From Patescibacteria group bacterium (GTDB lineage Bacteria > Patescibacteriota > Patescibacteriia > SG8-24 > DYFX01), in contig JBAZZB010000001.1 of NCBI GenBank assembly GCA_041659045.1, positions 262,111-326,110 on the forward strand: a stretch of DNA of 64,000 nt, written 5' to 3'. Both the position numbers and the translations under genes were made by a program. Shown here one piece after another: positions 36,557-44,760 of the stretch. Within the stretch, counting starts at the first letter, position 1, and the number at the start of each line of letters is the position of its first letter. The notes beneath the pieces are model-generated. The model saw only the letters and a list, made by a program, of their open reading frames with translations, ran no database searches and had not been told where the DNA came from.

Positions 36557-37197
36557 ATCGAAAAACATTTCTCGTGATGTGCGCGCTGATCGTCGCGTGC
36601 GTCGCCGCAAGCCTATTTTTCTACCCGCAATTTCCCGAGCGCTTTGCGTCGCATTGGAACGCGGCAGGGCAGGCTGATGGTTGGATGTCAAAATCGTTCG
36701 GTGCGTTTTTCGTGCCTGGCATGATGCTTTTCTTCATTGGCCTCTACGCGCTCATTCCGCGCATTGATCCGCTCAAGAAAAATCTTGGTGCCTTCCGAAA
36801 AGAGTACGACCTTTTGTGGCTTGCGCTCACCATATTCTTCGCCTACGTTCACGGTATCACTGTGCTGTGGAACCTTGGCGCGCGCTTCGGCTTCGTTCGC
36901 TGGATGACGCCGGCCTTTGCCGGGCTGTGGTACGTTCTTGGAATCGTTCTGAGTCGTGCCAAGCGAAATTGGTTCGTCGGCATCCGCACACCGTGGACAT
37001 TGGCCAGCGATATCGTCTGGGATAAGACGCATGAATTCGGTTCCAAACTGTTCAAGACGACAGCACTCATTGCGCTTTTTGGCCTGCTGCTGCCGACCGA
37101 ACTGGTTGTGTGGTGCATCTTGATCCCGGCGCTCGTTACGTCTCTTGCGACGATCGTCTACTCTTTTGTTGTTTGGAAACGTTTGCCTCTTCCATGA
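36553..37197 (+). CDS. SdpI/YhfL-family membrane protein
   Basis: WFVGIRTPWTL motif, 4-6 TM helices. Confidence 0.65.
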   Translation: MNRKTFLVMCALIVACVAASLFFYPQFPERFASHWNAAGQADGWMSKSFGAFFVPGMMLFFIGLYALIPRIDPLKKNLGAFRKEYDLLWLALTIFFAYVHGITVLWNLGARFGFVRWMTPAFAGLWYVLGIVLSRAKRNWFVGIRTPWTLASDIVWDKTHEFGSKLFKTTALIALFGLLLPTELVVWCILIPALVTSLATIVYSFVVWKRLPLP

Positions 37198-37910
37198 AAT
37201 CTGTAGGTTTCCTTTTGATTCACGGCGCGGGACTCGGTGCTTGGGCGTGGGATCGCGTCACGCCGCTTTTGAAGTACCCGGCTCTGGCCGTCGATTTGCC
37301 GATGCGCGGGGATCCAAATAAAGCGATGAGCGCCTTGAAACTTGAAGATTACGTCCAGGCGGTTGTGGACGCCGCGGCTGCGTTTCCTGTCGAAAAAATC
37401 GTTCTTGTCGGCCACTCGATTGGCGGTGAAATCGCGCTCCGGGTCGCGACACGTATGCCTGAGCGCGTCGCCGGTATCGTCTTCGTAAGCGCCGTCATTC
37501 CGCAGCCTGGCAAGGCCATGGTTTCAATCCGTCCTTGGCTGGAACGTTTCTTCATGCATCTCACGGCCCGTTTTGGAGCCCTTAAACCTCCTCCGAAGGT
37601 CGTGCGCACTCGGGCCGCCAACGACCTCGACGAAGAAACGATCTCACTTGTTTTGAAGAAGTATTCCCCCGAGAGTCCGCGGATCTTTCTCGACAAAGCG
37701 GAATGGTCGCTGCCTGAATCGTTGCCGCGTTGGTACGTCAAAACGCTCAATGATCGGAGCGTGCCACCGCTCTTGCAGGACACGCTTCTCGCGCGCGTCT
37801 TGCCGTCGCGCGCCCCAACGATCGTTTCAGGTCATTACCCGATGCTTGCCAAGCCAGCGGAGCTTGCTACTATTCTGAATGATTTTATTCTTCATTACGC
37901 GCTCGCATGA
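37194..37910 (+). CDS. alpha/beta-fold hydrolase
   Basis: LLIHGAGLGAWAW...LVGHSIGG (GxSxG nucleophile elbow); ATGA overlap. Confidence 0.75.
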   Translation: MKSVGFLLIHGAGLGAWAWDRVTPLLKYPALAVDLPMRGDPNKAMSALKLEDYVQAVVDAAAAFPVEKIVLVGHSIGGEIALRVATRMPERVAGIVFVSAVIPQPGKAMVSIRPWLERFFMHLTARFGALKPPPKVVRTRAANDLDEETISLVLKKYSPESPRIFLDKAEWSLPESLPRWYVKTLNDRSVPPLLQDTLLARVLPSRAPTIVSGHYPMLAKPAELATILNDFILHYALA

Positions 37911-38302
37911 ATAGCATCGTCCACTTCGAGATCCACGCAACCGAACCAGAGAAACTTGGCGAGTTTTACAAAGCGCTTTTTGGTTGGGAAATCGTAAAGT
38001 ACGAATTGCCCGGCATGGAGTACTGGGGCGTCATCACGGCAGAAAAAGGCGCGCCGAATGCCATCAACGGCGGCTTGGTGAAGCGCGGTGTGCCCGCACC
38101 GTCTCTTGGCGCGACTCCTAGCGCGTTTGTTTGCACCGTCCAAGTCGACGATATCGACGCCATGATGAAAAAAGCGGCCGAGCTTGGCGCAGTCGAAGCC
38201 ATGGCAAAATTCGCCCTGCCCGGAATGGCTTGGCAGGGGTATATGATCGATCCGGACCATAATATCTTCGGCCTGCATCAGGCTGATCCTAACGCCAAGT
38301 AA
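37907..38302 (+). CDS. VOC (glyoxalase/bleomycin-resistance) family protein
   Basis: HFEIHATEPEKLGEFYKALFGWE typical VOC N-terminus. Confidence 0.7.
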   Translation: MNSIVHFEIHATEPEKLGEFYKALFGWEIVKYELPGMEYWGVITAEKGAPNAINGGLVKRGVPAPSLGATPSAFVCTVQVDDIDAMMKKAAELGAVEAMAKFALPGMAWQGYMIDPDHNIFGLHQADPNAK

Positions 38303-38311
38303 TCTTTTCCC

Positions 38312-38677
38312 ATGTCATACGTCGACGGTTTCGTACTTGTCGCTTCGAAAAAGAACCTTGCGGCGTATCGCCGGATGGCTACCCAAGGAGCAAAAGTCTG
38401 GATGAAATACGGCGCACTCGCATACTACGAATGCGTCGGCGATGATCTGCATGCGAAACATGTGACGTTGCCGTTTCCGAAGATGGTGAGCGCCAAAAAG
38501 AACGAGACGGTCATTTTCTCCTTCATCGTCTTCAAGTCGCGCGCACACCGGGATATGGTCAATGCAAAAGTGATGAAGGATCCGTCCATGAGCGAAGAGA
38601 ACTGGAAGGATAAGCCAATGCCGTTCGATATGAAACGCATGGCGTACGGCGGCTTCAAAGTCATTGTCGAGGCGTAA
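38312..38677 (+). CDS. DUF1428 (YbaA-like) family protein
   Basis: MSYVDGFVL...ECVGDD...VIFSFIVFKSRAHRDMVNAKVM pattern. Confidence 0.6.
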   Translation: MSYVDGFVLVASKKNLAAYRRMATQGAKVWMKYGALAYYECVGDDLHAKHVTLPFPKMVSAKKNETVIFSFIVFKSRAHRDMVNAKVMKDPSMSEENWKDKPMPFDMKRMAYGGFKVIVEA

Positions 38678-38714
38678 TGTTACGTTTCGTTTGTTCGGCC
38701 GTAGACATTGGTAT

Positions 38715-39305
38715 ATGAAACACTACATTCTTATCGCAACAGCGATCGTTGTGATGGGTGCCGGCTGTATTTCAGCTCCTGAAACGCCTGTGGGCGCGGG
38801 TGGAGCCGCAGGCACACAGCTTGAAGGCACACCGCCCGTGAACGACACGCCGGACGCCAAGATCATGGCACCACAGCGCGCTGAGGACGCGGTCTACGTC
38901 ATCGATGGCAAGCCCGTGACGCTTCGTGATGGCAAGGCGCAGATCTTCTTGAATCCTGGCATGGCTTCAAGCGAGACAGTCCGGATTTTCGGTACGCCGG
39001 TACGCACCGATCTGGACGGAGACAGCGACGCGGACGCGGCCGTACTCTTGGAACAAGACAAAAGCGGTTCGGGTCGCTTCTACTATGTCGCCGCGGCCAT
39101 CGCTGAAGACGGCTACGTCCAGGGCACGAACGCAATTCTGCTGGGCGACCGTATCGCTCCGCAGACGCTGGAGACTCAGGGCGGCCTGATCCTTGCGAAC
39201 TTCGCGGTGCGCAAGCCGGGCGAACCCATGACCACACAACCGTCAGTTGGTGTGACCGAACGCTTCCGCATCGAAAATGGCGAACTGGTCAGCGTCAAAC
39301 CGTAA
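38715..39305 (+). CDS. lipoprotein, hypothetical
   Basis: lipobox VVMGAGC; no known domain. Confidence 0.55.
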   Translation: MKHYILIATAIVVMGAGCISAPETPVGAGGAAGTQLEGTPPVNDTPDAKIMAPQRAEDAVYVIDGKPVTLRDGKAQIFLNPGMASSETVRIFGTPVRTDLDGDSDADAAVLLEQDKSGSGRFYYVAAAIAEDGYVQGTNAILLGDRIAPQTLETQGGLILANFAVRKPGEPMTTQPSVGVTERFRIENGELVSVKP

Positions 39306-39310
39306 ACGCG

Positions 39311-39336
39311 AGAACTCCCCGAAAGGGGAGTTTTTG
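39311..39336 (+). terminator. intrinsic terminator (module copy 1, followed by TAGGAT -10)
   Basis: aactcccc-gaaa-ggggagtt-TTTTG. Confidence 0.75.
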
Positions 39337-39360
39337 TGTAGGATAGCGCCTGGAGGAAAC

Positions 39361-39912
39361 GTGAAGATCATTCTACCGAAGACGCGCGTCGAAATTGATC
39401 CGAACTACGGACCATTGTTCTATCTCATGGGGCCGATTCGCGGCGGTGGCGATTGGCAACGCCATTGCTGTCGCATGATCGAGTCGCGCATCCCGAACTT
39501 CTATGCCGCTGTTCCATGTCGCTGGACGGAGTTCCACCCGCTCTACAAGTACGGTGCGACGGGAACTCCCGGTGCCTTCGCTCGACAGCTCAACTGGGAG
39601 CGGTACTACATCGAACTGGCCGCCAAGACTGGCTGTCTGCTCTTCTGGCTCCCTGCCGAGCATCACGCTGCCAAGCATCCCGGACCGGAGCCGTACGCGA
39701 TGGATACGCGCGGCGAGCTGGGGGAATGGCGCGGACGCATGATGCACGAACGCGGACAGCGCGTCGTGATCGGCGGTGAGCCAGCCTTCCACGGTATGAG
39801 CCAGATCCAGCGCAACTTCAGCTTGGCGCTCGGATACGAATTTCCGATCTACCCGTCGCTCGATGCGACGATCACAGCTGCTATCGCGGCCCTCTCTCCC
39901 ACCGCTCCCTGA
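39361..39912 (+). CDS. nucleoside 2-deoxyribosyltransferase-like protein (tentative)
   Basis: GTG start with GGAGGA SD; LFYLMGPIRGGGDWQ resembles NDT/Rossmann-like N-termini. Confidence 0.45.
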   Translation: MKIILPKTRVEIDPNYGPLFYLMGPIRGGGDWQRHCCRMIESRIPNFYAAVPCRWTEFHPLYKYGATGTPGAFARQLNWERYYIELAAKTGCLLFWLPAEHHAAKHPGPEPYAMDTRGELGEWRGRMMHERGQRVVIGGEPAFHGMSQIQRNFSLALGYEFPIYPSLDATITAAIAALSPTAP

Positions 39913-39927
39913 AAAGGGAGTTTTTGC
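39903..39927 (+). terminator. intrinsic terminator (module copy 2, fused to extended -10 TGCTATACT)
   Basis: ctccc-tgaaaa-gggag-TTTTTG. Confidence 0.75.
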
Positions 39928-39939
39928 TATACTGAAGCC

Positions 39940-40512
39940 ATGAAAACCGCCAAAAAACGCTGCACCTGGCCGGGCGAGGATCCTCTCATGATTCTGTATC
40001 ATGACACGCAATGGGGCACTCCTGAGCACGACGATAAAAAGCATTACGAAGCTTTTATCTTGGACGCGAATCAGGCCGGACTTTCTTGGCGTACGATTCT
40101 CTACAAGCGCGAGAATTTTCGAAAAGCCTTTGCGAATTTTGATTTCAACAAAGTCGCCAAGTTCACGAAAAAGGATTTCAACCGGCTGATGAATGATGCT
40201 GGCATCATCCGCAACCGCATGAAGGTCGAAGCCTCGATCGTAAACGCGCGGAAGTTTTTGGAGATTCGAAAAGAGTTCGGCACGTTCGACAAATATGTTT
40301 GGAGCTTCGTTGGCGGCAAGCCGATCAAGAACGCCCATAAAAAAAGCAGCGACATCGGCGCGACGTCGAAAGAATCCGACGCGATGAGTAAGGATCTCAA
40401 AAAGAGGGGATTCAAGTTCGTTGGTTCGACCATTTGCTACGCCTACATGCAGGGAGTTGGCATGGTGAACGACCATCTAACGACGTGTTTTTGCTATAAC
40501 AAGAAATCATGA
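39940..40512 (+). CDS. tag: DNA-3-methyladenine glycosylase I
   Basis: CTWPGEDPLMILYHDTQWGTPEHDD...QAGLSWRTILYKRENF Tag signature; ATG 6 nt after TATACT, so probably leaderless. Confidence 0.8.
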   Translation: MKTAKKRCTWPGEDPLMILYHDTQWGTPEHDDKKHYEAFILDANQAGLSWRTILYKRENFRKAFANFDFNKVAKFTKKDFNRLMNDAGIIRNRMKVEASIVNARKFLEIRKEFGTFDKYVWSFVGGKPIKNAHKKSSDIGATSKESDAMSKDLKKRGFKFVGSTICYAYMQGVGMVNDHLTTCFCYNKKS

Positions 40513-40976
40513 AACTCAACTACGTCATTATCCCAATCGTGACCGTACTTACAGCGGTCATTGGCTCCCAGTTCACGTCTTCCGGTCTTGGAAGCTGGTA
40601 TCGTTCGATCAACCTGCCCGCGTGGACGCCGCCAGGTAGCGTCATCGGACTCGTCTGGACAACGATCTTCACGCTTTCAACGATCGCCGCGCTTATCCTT
40701 TGGAACACGCCGAGCGCCAAAGCCAAGCTCCCGTTATTTGCCGGTATCTTTCTTCTGAACGCCGTTTTGAACGTCCTTTGGAGCTATCTTTTCTTCTCGC
40801 AACACCAAATCGGCGCGGCGATTTTTGAAGCGATCCTTCTCGACCTCACAGTTATCGCGCTCATTGTCCTCGCCTGGCCGATCTCGCGCCTCGCTTCGGC
40901 GCTCCTCATGCCCTACGCCGCCTGGGTCGCCTTCGCGTCGTATCTGACCTACTCCGTTTGGAAGTTGAACCGCTAA
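40509..40976 (+). CDS. tspO: TspO/MBR tryptophan-rich sensory protein
   Basis: 5 TM, WYRSINLPAWTPPGSVIGLVWTTIF motif. Confidence 0.75.
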   Translation: MKLNYVIIPIVTVLTAVIGSQFTSSGLGSWYRSINLPAWTPPGSVIGLVWTTIFTLSTIAALILWNTPSAKAKLPLFAGIFLLNAVLNVLWSYLFFSQHQIGAAIFEAILLDLTVIALIVLAWPISRLASALLMPYAAWVAFASYLTYSVWKLNR

Positions 40977-41171
40977 ACCTCTTGCATAAGAAATAGCACT
41001 TCTGTTAGGACCTTTGGGTGGGGAGGGTGGATGGTCCACAAGCGTGGCTTGACATCACGCTCCGGGGGTTCAATACCCCTCCTCTCCACCACGGGTGATT
41101 GACAAATGTGTCTCTGCCGGTGTATATTCACCACGTCAAGCCACGCAAACGGTCCATCCATGGAACGAACA

Positions 41172-41197
41172 AAAACTCCCTTTCCGGGGAGTTTTTG
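41172..41197 (+). terminator. intrinsic terminator (module copy 3, fused to extended -10 TGCTATGAT)
   Basis: aactccc-tttccg-gggagtt-TTTTG. Confidence 0.7.
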
Positions 41198-41210
41198 CTA
41201 TGATAAGACT

Positions 41211-41909
41211 ATGAATCTCCTCATCCGTCGCGCCCACGAACGCGGAAGCTTCAAAAACCGCTGGCTCGACACGCACTATACGTTTTCGTTTGCCGATTAT
41301 TTCGATGAAGCCTGGATGGGCTTCAAGACGCTTCGCGTGATGAACGAAGATCGCGTCGCGCCCGGCAAGGGCTTCGACCTCCACGGCCACCGCGACATGG
41401 AGATCCTGACCTACGTCATGCAAGGCTCGCTCCGGCATACCGACACGATGGGCAACAACGAAGTGATCAACGCCGGCGAATTCCAACGCATGACCGCCGG
41501 CAGCGGCGTGCAGCACATGGAACTCAACGCCTCGCAAACGGAAGAGTGCCATCTTTACCAGATCTGGATTCTTCCGCGCGAGCAAAACCTTCCTCCAAGC
41601 TATGAAACGTTTGTCATCCCGAGCGCAGTCGAGGGATCTGTTCGTTCGAAAATACTTATCGCTTCTCCCGACGGTCATGACGGAAGCCTCACCATCCACC
41701 AAGACGCCGAAGTCTGGCTCCAGCGCCTCGCAAAAGGGGAGCAGGCCACGATCGCGCCAGCGGAGGGAAAGGCGGCCTGGATCCAAATCGTTTCAGGCAA
41801 AATTACGACAGCTGCGGAAACGCTGGAAACCGGCGATGGCGCCGCCACAGACGAAACCGTCACCCTGCAAGCCGTTTCAGATACGGAATGCATCGTGTTT
41901 TACGTGTAA
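41211..41909 (+). CDS. pirin-family cupin protein
   Basis: LIRRAHERGSFKNRWLDTHYTFSFA...HGHRDMEILTYVMQGSLRHTDTMGN...MTAGSGVQHME pirin motifs; start at MNLL (ATG 6 nt after TATGAT). Confidence 0.8.
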   Translation: MNLLIRRAHERGSFKNRWLDTHYTFSFADYFDEAWMGFKTLRVMNEDRVAPGKGFDLHGHRDMEILTYVMQGSLRHTDTMGNNEVINAGEFQRMTAGSGVQHMELNASQTEECHLYQIWILPREQNLPPSYETFVIPSAVEGSVRSKILIASPDGHDGSLTIHQDAEVWLQRLAKGEQATIAPAEGKAAWIQIVSGKITTAAETLETGDGAATDETVTLQAVSDTECIVFYV

Positions 41910-42009
41910 GTACGACCCCCTGCCATGCACCGCATGGTGCAGGGCTCTTGCATGAAAAACACGGGTTCTGCTAGGACCCCAGCATCGCTTTTATTCTTAT
42001 CGCGATGCT

Positions 42010-42153
42010 ATGCAAGAGTCAGCTTCCGGTACGGCGGTTGCGGAAAAGTCCTGTCCGAAGTGTGCGGGGAAACTCGTCCAGCGCAAGAGCAAGTTCGGCG
42101 CGTTCACTGGCTGTGGGAACTACCCGCAGTGCAAGCATATTGAGAGGAAATAA
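42010..42153 (+). CDS. small topoisomerase-type C4 zinc-ribbon protein (47 aa; below ORF-track cutoff)
   Basis: MQESASGTAVAEKSCPKCAGKLVQRKSKFGAFTGCGNYPQCKHIERK = CPxC...GCxNYPxC zf-C4_Topoisom pattern. Confidence 0.5.
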   Translation: MQESASGTAVAEKSCPKCAGKLVQRKSKFGAFTGCGNYPQCKHIERK

Positions 42154-42162
42154 AGATCCAAA

Positions 42163-42192
42163 AAGAAAACCGGGCTTCAAGCCCGGTTTTCG
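42163..42192. terminator. bidirectional intrinsic terminator
   Basis: AAAAGAAAAccgggcttcaagcccggTTTTCG. Confidence 0.75.
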
Positions 42193-42470
42193 ATTGATGT
42201 CAGACGTTCTTCAAATCGCTCATGCGCGGCTCGGTTTGCGACAAGCTCTTGATCGAAACGGATCTGGTTCTGAGCAAACCCATCGACAGCGGTCGTAAGG
42301 TCGTCAATTTTTTGATTGAGTCGTGCATCCACCGCACCAATCTTGGTGTCCAGTCTCGTTTCTACGCCGTCAATCTTTCTGTCTACGGCATCGATCTTCG
42401 CGTCCAATAAACCGAAACCGTCTTTTACGGCTTCCAAAACATCCCCAATGGTAGGCTCTTTTTCCTGCAT
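42177..42470 (-). CDS. coiled-coil hypothetical protein (97 aa)
   Basis: heptad-like KIDAVDRKIDGVETRLDTKIGAVDARLNQKIDDL repeats. Confidence 0.45.
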   Translation of the reverse strand: MQEKEPTIGDVLEAVKDGFGLLDAKIDAVDRKIDGVETRLDTKIGAVDARLNQKIDDLTTAVDGFAQNQIRFDQELVANRAAHERFEERLTSIENRA

Positions 42471-42547
42471 GATAGCGTGTTAAACTAAGTGTACCACGGC
42501 CTACCAAAGGTTCGCTTCGGCTGTCAACGCCTAAAACCACGATCGTT

Positions 42548-42907
42548 ATGAAAATGAAAACCTACGCGTCCATCGACGCCGTCATCAAGGGCGCGCCGAA
42601 AGAGATGCAGCCAATTTTAAGAAAACTTCGCGCGACGATCCGCAAGGCGGTTCCGAAAGCGGAAGAATCGATCCGCTACGGCATGCCGGTCTTCCGACTG
42701 AATGGCAGGAACCTCGTCTACTTCATGTTCTTCAAAGAGCACATCGGCTTCTTCGCCGGCCGCGCCGGCATTGAAGCGGATGTCAAAGCCGCCAAGCCAT
42801 ACATCACAGGAAAAAGCACGCTGCGTTTCGAGATCGATAAACCGATTCCGTACGCCCTTGTTACGAAGATCACAAAACTTCGCGTAAAAGAGGTTTTGAA
42901 GAAGTAG
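42548..42907 (+). CDS. DUF1801 domain protein
   Basis: ESIRYGMPVFRLNGRNLVYFMFFKEHIGFF pattern. Confidence 0.6.
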   Translation: MKMKTYASIDAVIKGAPKEMQPILRKLRATIRKAVPKAEESIRYGMPVFRLNGRNLVYFMFFKEHIGFFAGRAGIEADVKAAKPYITGKSTLRFEIDKPIPYALVTKITKLRVKEVLKK

Positions 42908-43225
42908 TTATGCGCGACAAGCTTTCCAAAATCCTCGTCCTCGCGGCCGCCGTCTTTCTCGTGCAATACGTCTACCCCGGCGTCCTTCAGGGCGCGATTG
43001 CTCTGGCAGGGGTGGAAGTCGTCGTAGGGGAGTAAGCCGTTACCTTTCCACTCCCGTTGCGTAGGAGTTGATATGAAACGCAACACCAAAATCCTCCTCC
43101 TCGCCGGCACGGCTGCAAAAAGCCTTGTTCTGGCGTTTACGATGCTAGTTCTCAACTGAGAAACCGGTATTTTGATGACCTGAAAGGGCACCCAAAACGG
43201 GTGTTTTTTGTGGTATTCTGGGGTT

Positions 43226-43513
43226 ATGAAAAAAGCGCGGACGGCCAAAGAGGCCAAGGAACTCGCACAAATCCCCAACATCGGCCCCGCGATGGTCAAA
43301 GATTTTGTGTTGCTTGGCATTCGGACGCCGGAGGATTTGAAGAAACAGGACGCCTTCAAGCTCTATCAAAAACTCTGTAAGAAAACTGGCGTGAGGCACG
43401 ATCCGTGCGTGCTGGATACGTTTCTTGCGGCGGTGGATTTTATGAATGGGGCACCGGCGAGGGCGTGGTGGGAGTATACGGAGGGGAGGAAGGGGAGATA
43501 TTCGTGGTTTTAA
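43226..43513 (+). CDS. TfoX C-terminal-like helix-hairpin-helix domain protein (tentative)
   Basis: LAQIPNIGPAMVKDFVLLGIRTPEDL HhH motif. Confidence 0.4.
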   Translation: MKKARTAKEAKELAQIPNIGPAMVKDFVLLGIRTPEDLKKQDAFKLYQKLCKKTGVRHDPCVLDTFLAAVDFMNGAPARAWWEYTEGRKGRYSWF

Positions 43514-43554
43514 AAGTTACTCTTGTCGGGCCAGCTGGCACCTTTTAGTACGAA

Positions 43555-43583
43555 TTGACAAATTATAGATATGTGGATAAACT
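43555..43583 (+). promoter_or_regulatory. sigma70-type promoter of fic in AT-rich region with direct repeats
   Basis: TTGACA-N17-TAAACT; ATAGATAT(G/A)TG(G/A)A direct repeat at 43565..43577 and 43590..43602. Confidence 0.45.
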
Positions 43584-43610
43584 CTGAATATAGATATATG
43601 AATTCAGGGT

Positions 43611-44747
43611 ATGAATCCTAAGTTTAAGGCTGGAACGTGGCGCCAGCAGGATGGATACAAGTCCTTCCTGCCCGAGACCATCAACAAGCCGTTCACCTGG
43701 TCCGATCCAAAAATTGACGTTCTTCTTGCTGACGCCATGCGGTATCTCGGCGAGCTTAACGCATACTCAAAGCTGATCCCGGACGTCGATTTCTTTATTA
43801 AGATGCACGTCGTAAAAGAAGCGACAGTTTCAAGTCGGATCGAGGGTACCAAGACAAATATTGATGAGGCACTCTTGGCGAGGGAGGAAGTCACTCCTGA
43901 ACAGCGAGACGATTGGAATGAAATTCAACAGTACATCGCGGCGATGAACCACAGTATCGCCGAGCTTGAGCGTCTCCCGCTTTCGATGCGCCTTGTGAAA
44001 GAGGCGCACAAAAAAATTCTCGATGGGGTGCGCGGATATAGCAAGCTTCCCGGTGAAATCCGTCGGAGTCAGAACTGGATCGGTGGTTCGTCACTTGCCG
44101 ATGCGCGCTTCATTCCACCCCATCACACGGACATTCCAGAACTGCTCGGCGATCTTGAGTTGCTCTGGCACAACAATAACCTCTCGATCCCTGCCCTCAT
44201 TAATGTTGCGCTAACGCACTATCAGTTCGAAACGATTCACCCATTTCTTGATGGTAACGGCCGTGTCGGACGTCTTTTGATTACGCTTCAGCTCGTCAGT
44301 GACAGAATCCTCACCAGGCCGACACTTTACCTTTCGGCCTTTTTCGAAGCGCACAAGGATGAGTATTACGATCGGCTGATGGCTGTCCGTTTGAAGAGCG
44401 AAATTGAGCCATGGATCGCCTTTTTTCTTTCTGGTGTTGGCGAAACAGCGCGTTCTGGTCGGGACACGTTTCAGAAGATCATTGATCTGCGCGCACGCTA
44501 TGAACAGATGATCGAGGACGGTATTGGACCACGTCGGCAAAAAACTGCCAAAACCATGCTACGCGAGCTCTTCTCAAGGCCCATCGTTTCAGTGAAGAGT
44601 TTGGCTGAAATGGGGAACGTCACGTTTCAGTCTGCTAATGAGGCGGCAAAAGATTTTCTCCGACTCGGCCTCTTCAAAGAAACGACCGGGTTCTCCAAGA
44701 ACCGCATCTTTGTACTTGAGGAGTACCTTAATCTCTTCACTCAGTAA
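43611..44747 (+). CDS. Fic family protein (AMPylase-type)
   Basis: [12 protein letters not shown] = HPFx(D/E)GNGR Fic motif. Confidence 0.85.
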   Translation: MNPKFKAGTWRQQDGYKSFLPETINKPFTWSDPKIDVLLADAMRYLGELNAYSKLIPDVDFFIKMHVVKEATVSSRIEGTKTNIDEALLAREEVTPEQRDDWNEIQQYIAAMNHSIAELERLPLSMRLVKEAHKKILDGVRGYSKLPGEIRRSQNWIGGSSLADARFIPPHHTDIPELLGDLELLWHNNNLSIPALINVALTHYQFETIHPFLDGNGRVGRLLITLQLVSDRILTRPTLYLSAFFEAHKDEYYDRLMAVRLKSEIEPWIAFFLSGVGETARSGRDTFQKIIDLRARYEQMIEDGIGPRRQKTAKTMLRELFSRPIVSVKSLAEMGNVTFQSANEAAKDFLRLGLFKETTGFSKNRIFVLEEYLNLFTQ

Positions 44748-44760
44748 CCCGATCTCTATG

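Noticed and set aside
41099-41128. TTGACA-N18-TATATT promoter-like sequence upstream of the pirin gene
   Set aside because: It is not reported as a confident feature because a terminator hairpin (41172..41197) lies between it and the gene. It also overlaps the tRNA-like relic. It may drive a short RNA instead, and is kept only as context for the findings above.
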